Source: Amoebidium appalachense (Eukaryota; Protista; Ichthyosporea). Taken from it: a DNA stretch of 64,000 nt. The DNA is taken from positions 2,232,001-2,296,000 of the forward strand of contig CAVNZM010000006.1 in assembly GCA_963693365.1 (NCBI GenBank). Direction: 5' to 3'. Of the stretch, positions 1 through 12,474 are shown one piece after another (within the stretch, counting starts at the first letter, position 1; the number at the start of each line of letters is the position of its first letter). A model generated the notes under the pieces. The model was not told where the DNA came from and ran no database searches. It worked only from the letters and a program-made list of their open reading frames with translations. A program made the position numbers and the translations under genes.

Positions 1-632
1 GTCTAATATCCAGCTGTGTTTGAAGGAACTCATTCACACTACCCCACCCAAATTACTTCCCAACCACTCAGTCCCCCCCCCCCCCCCCCCCCCCTCTCCC
101 CCCCCTCCCTCCCTCCTCCCGGCCCCTCCCACCCTTCCCCTCCCCCCCCCCCCCCCCCCCCCCCCCCAACCTCGGCGAGCCTTCTCAGGTGCACCTCCTT
201 AAGGTTACCCAAGCCCCCACTCTTCCTGTGATATGGTTGGTAGAATAGGCTTTCTGTGGCTGGTAGGTACCCACCCAAAGGACGGCGGTATGGAATAAAA
301 CTGCCTGGGGTATTTCTTAGATTCCTAGGGTTAGACTAGTACATAGGTACATAGTGTCACCGTAAAAGTAATAGTAACCGGTAATAGTCATTCGGTTCTG
401 TCTGTTTATTTGCAGACTTATAGCCACATGAATATAAAATCGGTGAATTGCACAGTCAGTTAGCGTGTTTGGTGCCGCATTGGCGTTAATCATCTACGGG
501 TACAGGATCTTAGGAATCACACTGGTAAACGGTCTGGCTCCCATCATACAAAAGGTTAAGCAACAGGGTGTTGGATTCGCCTGCCTGGCACGGTGAGTCC
601 ATGCTATTGCCACTATTCATGCATTACTATTA

Positions 633-2500
633 TTATGCCGTTGGTGCTAGCGGTTTGCTGTCTGCCGATACTACAACCGTGTCGCAGCCAAAGTCATCGT
701 GGAACCCATCACACTCGTGTTCATCTTCGCTCTCCTCCTCCATGCGCCCGAGCATGGACTCGGATCTTGAGAACGCAAAACGGTTGTCTGGTGTCAACTG
801 TGGGGGTTAAACGTGTTATTCAACTAAATGTGATAGTGGTATGCTAAACTGCGGTTTGACCTGCAGATGAGCTCATGCATCGGATTCTAATGTAGCTGCT
901 CCAGATAGAATGCTAGGTGGTCCGTGCACTGGGACCCAGCAGCACACCAAACAAATCACCGATGAATGAGTCCTCATTAGGTCCCCCCCTTCCCCCCCCA
1001 CCACCCCCTCATCCCGTCCCACCTACCTCCCAACCCCACAATATGTGCAACACACTAGACAAACCAAGTGCAGGAGGCTCTAGGCCACCATCCTGCCCAC
1101 CCACGTACTGTGTGTGCCTGCTTTTCCCCCGTCGGCCGTGCACGCCTGCAACCCAACCGTGCACTGGCTGTAGACGGCAAGAACACCAACAACCTAGCAC
1201 ATTCACAATGCGTACCTTTGCCTTGTGCATGCCCATGTTCTTCTTGCGCTGCTGCTTCTGGCAGTGTCTGCAGAAGTGCTTCAGCTCAACCTCCTGCTCC
1301 TTGGCCCGTGGCGGCGTGCCCGGCCCCTTCTCGTTGGGGTCCCGCCCGTGCCACGAGTGCTTAATGTTCTGCACGCGCAATGCCATGGCCTCGACGTGTT
1401 TGTGCAGGTGCCTGCCTATAAGATATGTCTCTTTTCTTCTCTCAAAAGTGGTTGCTGGTTTTGTTTAGAGATACTGGGTATCATGTACGTAAAAGGAGCA
1501 GACACGGTGTGCTAATGACCTTGGGAAACTGGCCACCGTGGTGGGCGTGCACCTACATTTGTATGATTGGTACACATAGATAACAGGGAGCGCGGCAAAA
1601 GTAGCCTCTTGATGCTAGGCAAGACACGGTTCAAGGTAAGCGATGGCGAAATGCTTCAACTGATTAAACTTTGTCTCATAAATGATAGTATTTATTATAC
1701 TATAGCTTTTATGCACAGCTTATGATTATTCCTATATTTAATAGGTTATGTAAATCGTGTTTTGTCACCGTCATTTAGCCCGGAGAGAGGGTCCACATCC
1801 CTCGTTCAAAATCTGCACTACCTCAGTTCCGATTGAAGATCGCTGAATTTGCTGCGTGATATAGATACCATCAGCCATTCTGGAATTTTGTTGCTTTAAT
1901 CATGATAATGACATGATTCATTATACGTAGCTGTATTTGCCAGGTTACTGTAATGTCATTCACAATAGTAGTCTTCGCAGTAATTCATTCACAATCAATG
2001 CAACATTAAATAATTTTTTTTCCTTTTTAACTCTTTTCTAAAATCTATGTGCATGTAGGCGTCTGCTATCGTGTAGCACCGACGAAAATGATGATCATAC
2101 CCTCGCATGTTGTCGTGCCGCGGCAGGAGGCCAGTGCCCTAAAGCACCAATCACATGCATGGCAATAATGGATGCTTTCGCCGGGGCATGCATGAACCCA
2201 ATATTGGCTGAGAGGAAATCGCGCGATTGGATTGGCTTGTTGCGCACCCTGGTGTCCAAGTTTTGGATCCTTGTGAAACATGATCATGATCATGTTCCTG
2301 AACTGTGCATATCGATATCCTTGTTATACGAGCTATTCCAGTAATATAACTGATGTTGAAGAAATCGCTAGGCCTTCCAACGTGCTTAATTCTCAGTTCG
2401 CGTGTGTATGATCTGCCGGTCGGTTCCGCATGGGGCTCGCATCCCCCGGACCATATGCATGAGCAGGCCATATGCATGACTGATGATCTGCTCATGATGC
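633..2500 (-). CDS. Putative multi-exon gene of unknown function (exons ~2500-2452, 2138-2101, 1411-1216, 797-633; 5' end unresolved)
   Basis: Phase-consistent GT-AG exons read ...HHEQIISHAYGLLMHM|GTGLLPRHDNMRG|HLHKHVEAMALRVQNIKH...CRHCQKQQRKKNMGMHKAK|LTPDNRFAFSRSESMLGRMEEESEDEHECDG...PLAPTA*. No recognisable domain. The last two exons are best supported. Confidence 0.5.
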
Positions 2501-3149
2501 CTGTGTGTTTTAATGAACACGCACACAGTGGGTGGTTTTCAGTTATAAGCTAATGATTTCGTGTGTTATATGTGCTTATGTATACACATGCACATTCACT
2601 TATAGTTGTGCATGCATATGTAGGTACATGTATGTTTAAATTTTTTTGACCTCATAAGCGTGCGGCGCCTGCATTCTTGCACTTGCGCTCACATGGACGA
2701 TGTTCACGGCACAGTATGCCCACATGGATGTCGACGTCAATGAGATGGCCAGGCAGTGAATCTTGGCGTGTGTATGTGTGTCGGGTAGGGGGATAGAGTT
2801 GGGGGGGAGGGGAAGCGTTGGACCAGCCTGCAGTTCCGCACTCAGCCGAGCCGACCAGAGTCTGCAGCCGAGAGCTGCAGCCAAGTGGGTAGGGTGAAAA
2901 TATAGCCAATCACCAGTCACTTTCGCACATTTACTATATTAGGTAGTGATTTGGGTACCGTCTGGTCCAATCGGCGACCTTTCAGCGAAACCTCGGGAGG
3001 CTGGGTTAGCAACAAGCGCTGCAAAATCTAGACCCAGGGCGGGGCTCTGAGGAACGGTCAGTGTTTCACAGTGGCCCAGTGGCGGTGGCCTGTGTTGGAA
3101 CTTCCGCTTGAACCGCCAGCCGTGTGCGCCCAAGGCCAGTGCAAGCAAG

Positions 3150-4208
3150 ATGGGCCTTGCAGGACGCACGTGCCTGGTGACGGGCGGGAGCGGGTTTGTG
3201 GGCCGCCGCTTGGTGGAGCTGCTAACGGCGCAGGGGGCAGGCCATGTGCGGTCGTTTGACCTGCGCGTACCTGCAGTCAGGCAGGCGGGCGTGGAGTACG
3301 TGCAGGGCGACCTGCGCAACAGGGACCACGTGCTGGCCGCCTGCAGGGGCGTGCATTCGGTGTGGCACGTGGGCGCCGCGGTGCTGCACCAGGCGCGGCC
3401 CATGTACCGTGCGGTCAACTACGAGGGCACCCTGCACGTGCTGGCCGCCTGCCGCGCACAGGGCGTCAGCAGGCTGGTCTATACCGCCACCGTGGGCTCA
3501 CGCGCCGTGCGTGCACAGCCCCTCGATAATGCCGCCGAGGACACGCCGTTTGCTGGGCCGGGGCGCTACCTGGACACATACTGCGAGTCCAAGGCGCTGG
3601 CCGAGCAGGCCGTGCGCAGTGCCTGCTGCAGCCAGCTGCGCACCGTGGCCGTGGCCCCGCACGTGCTCTACGGCCCACGTGACCCCCTGTTCTGGCCCCA
3701 GACCCTGTGGGCCGCACAGCAGGGCAAGCTGAGGAGGATAGGCACGCACGACGTGGTCATGTCCTTTGTGCACGTCGACAACTTCTGCCATGCGCTACTG
3801 TGTGCACACGAGGCACTTCAGCCGGGCTCACGGGCACTGGGTGGCTACTACTCTGTGCGTGACCTGGACGGCAATAGAAGCTACTGGCAGGTCATGGATC
3901 AGGCCGTCAGGGGCATGGGACTGCCCTCCTTCCTTGACAAGAGGCCAGCGCCCGTGGGGCTGGTGTTTGGACTGGCAAGGGCAGCAGACAGACTGGCGGC
4001 TGTGACGGGCAGGGACAGACCCTATGCCATCTCTGAGAGTGTGCTGGAACTTTCTGTTACATCACGCACCTTCAGCTGCAGTGCTGCACAGAGGGACTTG
4101 GGGTATAATCCCCCCTTGAAATTTGAGGAGGGATGGGAGCAGACGATAGAGTGGTTTAGGGAGAACCAGGAGTGGTGGATGGAGAGGGGCAAGGCCATGT
4201 TGGGGTGA
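3150..4208 (+). CDS. 3-beta-hydroxysteroid dehydrogenase / NSDHL(ERG26)-like extended SDR, intronless, ~352 aa
   Basis: Rossmann motif VTGGSGFVG, VNYEGT, catalytic YCESK (YxxxK), LYGPRDP, FVHVDN and C-terminal AQRDLGYNP. First ATG at 3150. Confidence 0.9.
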   Translation: MGLAGRTCLVTGGSGFVGRRLVELLTAQGAGHVRSFDLRVPAVRQAGVEYVQGDLRNRDHVLAACRGVHSVWHVGAAVLHQARPMYRAVNYEGTLHVLAACRAQGVSRLVYTATVGSRAVRAQPLDNAAEDTPFAGPGRYLDTYCESKALAEQAVRSACCSQLRTVAVAPHVLYGPRDPLFWPQTLWAAQQGKLRRIGTHDVVMSFVHVDNFCHALLCAHEALQPGSRALGGYYSVRDLDGNRSYWQVMDQAVRGMGLPSFLDKRPAPVGLVFGLARAADRLAAVTGRDRPYAISESVLELSVTSRTFSCSAAQRDLGYNPPLKFEEGWEQTIEWFRENQEWWMERGKAMLG

Positions 4209-4695
4209 AATGGAGTGTGTGGTAATGGGGAGTTAGTTGCGTGTAGACATAAACATCTTTTGAGATGTGCTATAGAACCATTTTGGGAAGTTGTTTCCGA
4301 AAAGTGCTGTACCGGCCAGGTGGTAGATAGAAGGGAAAGCATCACAAGTACTCGGACAGTAACAGCTGTCGGATGAATATGAAAGCTGCTGCTAAGTAGT
4401 GAAGTCAGAAGGGGCACTCTGCGGACGATTGCGGAGAAGTAAGCCCATTCCTGGTGGATCCATGTTGAGGGACATCATATTACAAATATACTAAGTGCAA
4501 GCCTCAGGGATGGGGGTGCTATGCTGCACAACTTATAGCCCATACTGGTCAAGTAACACTGAGGGTTGCCGTGGTGCCACGTGTGTGAGCGAGGCCAACC
4601 AAGATGGTATATAAATAAATTGAACAAAACCCACCATGTTACTCTGAAAGTTGCACGTGTGTCCCCTGCTGCATCATAGTCTTCTGGCCACTGAC

Positions 4696-4950
4696 CATAG
4701 CAGGGAGATAGAAAATTATAGAAGACTTGTGTTACTACCCCCCCATGACCTACTCATGTTCAAGTGAAACAGTATCTGAGTTGGGTTTCGTTAACGAGGG
4801 GAATAGGTCGAAACTCGGGTACTGTGGATGACGTGGGCCCCCCCTGAGGATGGGCTCTGCTTATTATGCATACTCTTTATGTATGGCTTGCATTCTGCAT
4901 CGTGTTATCCGTTTGTTCTTGTGTACTTCGTACTTTTTGACGCATTCAAA
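4696..4950 (+). mobile_element. Poly-C-abutting structured repeat, copy A (diverged, long)
   Basis: Homologous to the reverse complement of 8373-8648 (shared TCTGAGTTGG, GGTCGAAACTC, CCCTGAGGATGGGCTCTGCTTAT, GTACTTCGTAC, CGCATTCAAA). Followed directly by C26. Confidence 0.75.
4747..4857 (+). ncRNA. Candidate rearranged hammerhead ribozyme
   Basis: Core strands: GTATCTGAG-T-T-GGG (4772-4785), TAGGTC-GAAA-CTCGGGTAC (4804-4822) and CCC-CTGAGGA (4841-4850). Helices covary with copy B at 8501-8609 (-). No activity data. Confidence 0.45.
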
Positions 4951-5428
4951 CCCCCCCCCCCCCCCCCCCCCCCCCCAGCCCACACAAAACCGGCCTACCG
5001 ATAATTCAGACACACAGACTGTAGCAACAGTGCAACCCACCCACATATACACGCAGCCAACACATTGCACCATATGGGATACACCACAGCACTACCACCC
5101 TAAACCCCGCACAACCACCACCCCATCTTAGACCCCCCCAGCGGTGCTGTAAATTTCAACCTAAGACCCCACGTAAACCTAAATCATGTTTAAAACCAAG
5201 CCCCATTACTGCAGATATTCGTGTTTGTCAAGAGTACGATCGTTCTGCCATGTCTTTTTGACGGGCACAGTCCGTAAATTCAAAGTAGATATACAGCAGG
5301 TCTCCTTGGACCATGCCCTTCCAAAGCACAGGCCGGCTGTGCTGCATAGGGACAGATCAAACCGGTGGTGACTGACTGCGTGTTAAATTACATCCAAATC
5401 ATATCCCTTCTTCAGTACCCCCCCCTTT

Positions 5429-5465
<37 letters not shown>

Positions 5466-5934
5466 GGGTGGGGGGGGGAGGGGGGGGGGGGGGGGGGGGG
5501 GGGCATGTCAGGTAGTACTTTGCAGGCATGGGTGTAGGTATATTATTTGAGGCGGGGATGGGGGGGGGGGGGAGGGGGGGGGGGGGGGAGGGGGGGGCTG
5601 CTCTCTGAATAGATATGCCGACCACCCCCCGAACCGGGTTCAACCATTTTTCTGTGTGTGTGTGTGTTGCCGGTACACGCTGGGTAAGATTCCGTGAGTG
5701 GTGGTGGTGGTGTGTCCCACTAGTACTGTGTATGTGTGTCTGTGTATGCCACTGTGTGCTAAGGGCGGAAGGAGGGGGAGGGGGGGCTGGGGGGGGGGGG
5801 ACTTTTTTCGGGGAAGAGTGGGGGAGAGGGGGGGGGGGGGGGGGGGGGGGGGAGGGGGAGGAGGGGCCGCGGGGGGAGGGACTTTTTCTTTTTTTTTTTT
5901 TTTTTTTTTTTCTTGAATGGGGGGGGGGGGGGAA

Positions 5935-5967
<33 letters not shown>

Positions 5968-6056
5968 GGGGAGTGGATGAGGGGAATGTCAAAGCCTAGA
6001 GGGCCTCTGAAGAGCCATTTTGTGTGGGTTGTGTTTGGTTTGGTTTGGGGAGCAAA

Positions 6057-6087
<31 letters not shown>

Positions 6088-6537
6088 CTGGTTCGACGGA
6101 GGTTTGTAACAAACAATTTTAGTCTCTCCGATTTGTCATCACTTGGAATTCCAGGGCCACATCACCAACCTATGAGCCACCCCTCAAGGCCATGCATGCA
6201 TACGTATACAGCCACATGTAGGGGCCGGCCATGGGTGGGGCTGGGCGGGACAGGCTGGCTGTGGTTCTGGGGGATTATTCTATCATGGGGTGCGGGTCTG
6301 CTTTGATTGGTGCTCATGTGCACCCATATGGGTGGCCTGTGTGTATGCTCATTGGCTGCCCGGTGCAGGTGCTAGTGGGTGCATGGAGTGCATTCTGTGT
6401 GTGGGCATGCATGTATGTCAGACTCTGCGCACACGTGTACACTAGCCTAAGGGGGGTGGGCTGCAGCATGGCCGAGTGCACCAATTATATTAGTGTGCAT
6501 TCCGTGAACTACACAATGCCTGCGCGATGATTTTCCA

Positions 6538-6658
6538 CCAATAGGTGCAAAGCTAGGTCTTTGCAGTCATATGATTGGTGGGGCCAATGTCCAAGGTATG
6601 AACTGTTTGAGTGACTGCCAACCAATCATATCGCAAAGACCTGCCTTGCTCCCATTGG
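6538..6658. repeat. Imperfect inverted repeat (~40-bp arms), possible MITE remnant
   Basis: CCAATAGGTGCAAAGCTAGGTCTTTGCAGTCATATGATTGGT (6538-6579) pairs with ACCAATCATATCGCAAAGACCTGCCTTGCTCCCATTGG (6621-6658). Confidence 0.7.
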
Positions 6659-6846
6659 GGCACAATATCAGTGCAAGCATTGTAGGGAATCCCCTTAAGG
6701 GATGCATTATGTGGGCATTTATTGACAGTGTGTTAGTCAGAGGGTTCTACGGGGTGAGTTGATGGGTGATGGTGAGGAAGGGCCCACTGAGGGAGGGAGG
6801 GGGGAAGGCACTGGGGGGGGGGGGGGGGGGGGGGGATGGGGAGGGG

Positions 6847-7115
6847 TGTTGAAATCCACGCATATCATGTGTATGATCATGGCGTGTGTATGCACCGTGT
6901 ACTCGACTTAGCGGATGTGCAGTGACGTCATAGTGGAGATTCAGGAATAGACTGTAGATTCGGGAATAGATATTGGCCAATAGGAGAGCAAAGGTTAGGG
7001 GGATTGCCCTATATGAGTAGCCATTAGGATTCAATCTTGTGAGATGTAACGAGTATATAAACCTGCCCTCGGTGGCCGGCAATAAACAGTCTTCCAGATC
7101 AAGTTTTGTATGACA
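6847..7115 (+). mobile_element. Probable solo LTR
   Basis: TGTTG...TGACA ends, internal TATATAAA followed by AATAAA, and AGGGG on both flanks. The TSD is weak evidence because the context is G-rich. Confidence 0.5.
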
Positions 7116-7261
7116 AGGGGGGGAGGGGAGGGGGGAGGGTAGGGGGGAAGGAGGGGCAACCTGTGAGGTAATTATACTCCGTACGAAGCTGGGACTCAAA
7201 CCTGACACGGTATTGTGGGTAAACGATAGGCGGGAAGAAGTGAAAAAGGGGGATATGTGTC

Positions 7262-7304
<43 letters not shown>

Positions 7305-7688
7305 GATGTAGAGGGGGGGGGGGGGGGGAAGGGGGCAAACCAAGATACCTAAATCGGAATGCCTCCGAGTAGTGATTCGAGTGAGTTATTTTATTTACAG
7401 GTAGTTTACATGCAGTATTCGAGGGAATGGTTTTTATCTACAGGTAAAATACATGTGCAGGGCTGCAAGTTCCTCATGTGTTACAGTACAAAGAATTGCT
7501 CTACATATACATATACACTAGTGCCTTCCATTCCATCCACTATGTACATTATCTACATTACTAGTACTGATGCTATTTCAAAGCACAATAACACGAATCA
7601 GATTGATTCCACCACGCCATCCTCCCGGCCCCGTAACCGTTGTTGCTCACTCCTCCTTTCCCCCCTTCCTCTCCGTAGTCCTCCCCCC

Positions 7689-7733
<45 letters not shown>

Positions 7734-8063
7734 CCCACACAAAACAAAAAAAAAAAAAAAAACATACGTGTACAAACACACTATCAGGTCATCGTTCCCA
7801 CGGAGCAGTATACAGTAATCCCTCACACGCAGTAATCAAACCTGTAATCACAGAGACCCCTTGCACCATTCACAATGCACCCCACCCAGCCGTGCACGGT
7901 GGTGTTCACCACTAGGCCATTTGCATGGCACCCCACCACGATGCTCTAATCTACACTGCCAGATAGCAGCCAAGAATCCTTTGGCTTAGCCCCAACACAG
8001 CTACTTGCTACTCGACCAGAACCTTATTGGGCCAGACACCATTCACGGGCCGGGCCTATCGGG

Positions 8064-10208
8064 TCACGGGCTGGCCCTTAGCAGGCTGCGCAGGGCAGCC
8101 ACCTCACTCTCCTTCCTCCTCAGCTGTGCCTCCAGATCAAGAATGCGAGACTCATAGCTGCTGATAACATCGGGGGGGATGGCTGGGGTCTGTGGGTGTG
8201 TGTGTTAGCGGTGGTATGGGAGGGGATGGGTGGGTCAGTGGGTGCGTGGGTGCGTGGGGGTGGGGTGGGTGGGTGGGGGGGGGGGGGGGGGGGGGGGAGG
8301 GGGGGAGGGGGGACGAAGGGTGGTGGGGGGAGGGGATGGAGGGGAAAGGGGGAAGGAGGGGGGGGGGGGGGGTTTGAATGCGGAACACAGTACGAAGTAC
8401 GCATACACGATGAGAAGCATGGTGCAGGACACATGCAAAGGCAAACATTCAAGTATGCAGCATCAGCCATGCGCACAGTATGCGTCATAAGCAGAGCCCA
8501 TCCTCAGGGAGGGCCCAAGTCATCAATTGCGTCTGAGTTTCGACCCCTTAGCCCGCGTATATACGACGCTCCAACTCAGACAGCAGCATCAACTGAACTT
8601 GGGTGGGTCAACCCGTCTTGATCAAAGACGAGCAGGGTTGCTTATGCAAGCAAGGTGAGCAAAACGGTGAAGATGTATGTGCAAACTAATGCAGTGCAGC
8701 GACAAACGCGTATGTGCTTACAGATGCACGACACAGAGCAACCATGCCCGGTTGCATGGAAGTAAAGATGTCTCCACACAGTGGGGGGGGGGGGGGGGAT
8801 GGGCGGTGTAGCTTTTGAGTAGCGCATTGGGCTTACCGGGGGAAGGGGGGGGAGGGGGGAAGGGGGATGGGGGTGACGAAAAGGATGAGAGGTGGACAGC
8901 AAGGGCACACGAGGGGTTGAGTAGATAGGGTGTTTGGTGACTAAGAATGTGTGTGCCTGTGTGTGTGGTTGGGGGCAGAGAGGGGGGTGGGGGGGGGGGG
9001 GGGGAGGGGGGGGGGGGAGAGACAGAGAGAGGGATAAAGAGAGAGAGAGAGGGAGGGAGAGAAGAGAGAGGAGGTGGCACCTTGCAAGGGAGTATCATAG
9101 GTTGTGGAAAGAGTAAGCATGAAAAGGGGAGAGGGTGGGGGGTGGGGTGTGGGGTTAGAATGGGTACCAGATTACGGGTCAAACATTCACGACGGACGAC
9201 ACAATGAAGGGGCAAAGGGGGGGGGGGGGGGGGGAGGGGGAGGGGGGTTCTAAGGGAAAAAGGCGGAGGGGAGAGGGGGGGGGAGTGTTCTGACCTCGGC
9301 CTGTTCTGGTGTTTGCTGGGGCTGGACCGGAGGGCTGGGGGGCTGAGTGGCATCCGTAGGCCTGGCGGGAGAGGGGGGGGGGGGGGGGTGGGGGGTGGAG
9401 GTGAGTGGCTGGGGGCACCCGTGTGCCTGCCACGCATGCAGCAAACAGGCATGCAGCAAACAGACATGCAGCAAACAGACATGCAGCAAACAGACATGCA
9501 CACAAAACCATTAAACACATGCACCCTCATTATTTGCATATGCATGTGCAAATGCTCCTCCTTCCCCTCTGTGGCTGGGAGTGCCCTTCGTGCCCCTTAG
9601 CTGTCTAAGTCTAAGCAGTCTCCCAAACGACCAGCCATGCAAGGTCAGAGGGAGGTGTGTGTTACCGTGTACCTACGAAGAACACATTCACGACGCAGGA
9701 TCTGCAGATTTGCAATGCGCACACAAAGACAGGTGGGGGGGAGGGGGGAGGGGGGGGGGGGGGGGGGAACCAGTCGGACAAGTGGCTAAATAGGTATGTG
9801 TGCACATGATGTTGGCTGGGGTAGACGGACATAGGGATGTGACTGGGGAGAGGGGGAGATGTTGCATCAAACCAAACGATGGACAAAGACACAAAGTGGA
9901 GAATACAAAAGTAAGAACAGGGAGTGTGGTGTCAGCAATGTCAAACACTAGGGTGAGACTAAAGTCATACAATTGCAAAAGTTTGAGGCTGGAAGGGAGG
10001 GGGAAGGACCGGGGGGGGGGGGGGGGGGGGGGAGGGGTTAGAATATATCAGAGTACGAAATACACAGTCACGACGGACTACACACAAACAGCATGTAACA
10101 TGAAGTAGAGCCCAAGGAGGGGGTTGAAAGGGGGGGAGGGGGGGAGAAGGAAAAGACGTTAAATGGGAGGAGCATGGAAACAAGGTGTGCTTGTGCATGC
10201 GAGCATGT

Positions 10209-10265
<57 letters not shown>

Positions 10266-12443
10266 CGCGCGCGCGTGTGTGTATGGGGTTTTATTGCACA
10301 TACATGCGCAGCTGGCGCAGGGATGTGTCCAGTGAACGCAGTCTCGTGTCCCAAGTCTTGAGCGCACACAGCAGCTGGGGGGTGGTGGGTGTTAGCACCA
10401 AAAGCACCGTGTGATAATAGAGCATTATGGGCCACTAACAGAGAGAGACCTTACAAACAGGGCACATGTGGGCTATGTTGTTAATGTCAGTCTGTAGGCA
10501 ATGTCCAGTAGGCCCACCCATTTCCCCTCATGCCCTGCCCCCGCCTGGCGCACGCTAGCAATGGCTACCCATTAACTCAGTTTATGCACTTGAGTCGGGG
10601 ACAATGCACGAGAGTGGGGGAGGGACGGGACAGATAAGTCAAGGCTATGTTATGTGAGGCTCCCCGGGGGGGGGGGGGGGGGGGGGGTTTGAATGCGGAA
10701 CACGGTACAAAGTACGCATACACGACGAGAAGCATGGTGCAGGACACATGCAAAGGCAAACATTCAAGTATGCAACATCAGCCATGTGCACAGTATGCGT
10801 CATAAGCAGAGCCCATCCTCAGGGAGGACCCAAGTCATCAATTGCGGGGGGAGGGGGGGAGGGGGAAGGAGGCTAGGGGTGTGTGTATGCATCGGGCTGT
10901 TTAAGCTCAGGGTGTGTGTGCATGGTGTAATTAAGGCTAAGGGTGTGCATGGTGTATTTTAGGCTTAGGGTGTGTGTGCATGGTGTTTTAAGTCTCAGGG
11001 TGTGTGAACCACTTACCGCCTCGGGACTCCTCTTCTCCTTGCCCCACAGTCTAGTCTCCGTGTCATCCTCTGTGGCCAGGGCAAACACCTGCCAGCAGGG
11101 TTACAGGGTCAGACACAGACACAGGCACATGTGTGTGCTGGGTGCATGTGACTGTGCACTTGCTGCTATGCTGGTCCCAGCACATGCAGCGTACTGACTA
11201 GCCCCGTGTTCCTCTTGGATAGGTCAGATCAAGCCATGGCTTCAGGTGCACTCAAACCCGGAGAGCAGAGGGCAGGATGGGGGTGGGGTTGGGTGGGGGT
11301 GGGGGTCGGGTGGGGGGGGGGGGACGGACGGGTCGATGTTGGGCTGAGGGGGCGGGGAGGGGAGGGGGGAGGGAGGGCGGGGGCGCCAAAAGGTGGGGGC
11401 GGGGGAGGGGAGGGAGGGAGGGTGGAATGTGTTGCACATTGCATGTAGTACAATTGCACCTTAACTGGGGACGTGGCAGAATAGAATGTCATGCAGTGAG
11501 ATGGGGAGGGAAGGGTGTGGGGGTTGGCGGGGGGGGGGGGGGGGGGGGGGGGAGGGTGGGTTAAATGCCAAACGAATATTTCGGCGACTGGCGAACGATA
11601 ACAAGAAAGTCCGTTTTGTCTGTGCCAGGCTGAGCATGCGGGCATTGTGGTGGTGTGGTGAGGATGGGCAAGGGGGGGAGGGATGGACAACGACAAAGCA
11701 CCACATAACACCCTCGAACATTTCTCCCCTCTTCCCGATGTATCTACACCTTATAACACCCTTGATCCCTGTGGCTTGTACATTTCTAATCTTTTCTAAT
11801 TTTTATTTTCTAACTTTAAGACGCACCTGGTCCTGGATGGTGAAGAGACTGTCCCTCACAAACCCCTGCAGGCGTTGCATGTATGCATCGTCACCAGCCA
11901 CATTGCCATCCTTGATTAGCTGTGGTAGCAGGTCCTGTGTGTGTGTGTGTGTTTGTATGCGGGCATGATGAACACATGTGTTTGTGTTTCACGTTTGTGT
12001 GTGTGTGGGGGGGGGGAGGGGGGCTTGCAGGAGGCCAATTTACTGTGTGTTTGTGTGTGTCCTTAATTAATGTGTGCATGCGTGTATGTGCTCGTTGACA
12101 CGGGCCGGTGTGTGTGTGTGTGTGCCATGTTCACGTGCCCGGGCATCTCAGTCCCACTAACGGGCCCCACTAGCTCCATCACCAAGGTGCACCCACGTGC
12201 TTGTGTCTGGCCTGAATGCATATGGGCCTATTCAGGGCATGCATGAGGCAGCCAGCCATGCATGCGAGCAGGCAGAATGCAGGCCAGCAGGTGGCTGCTG
12301 TGCTGTGGGGGACACACATGCACCAATGCCCGTACCCTTTGCGCTCTGCATTAAGTATCAGGGTGCTTGCTGCCATGTGGCACGGCCGGGTTGATTCGGG
12401 GGGAGGGGGGGGAGAGAGCGTGTGTGTGTGTGTGCGTGTGTGT

Positions 12444-12474
<31 letters not shown>

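Noticed and set aside
3222-4005. Overlapping and antisense ORFs in the SDR gene (likewise in the desaturase and gag)
   Set aside because: Shadow frames of GC-rich coding sequence.
8480-8650. Resemblance of the structured repeat to 5S rRNA, RNase P P4 (GTCTGAG/CTCAGAC), HDV ribozyme or TnpB/Fanzor omega-RNA
   Set aside because: Only short motif matches. The 5S-like and P4-like motifs are not kept in copy A, HDV P1.1/P4 cannot be built, and no nuclease ORF is nearby.
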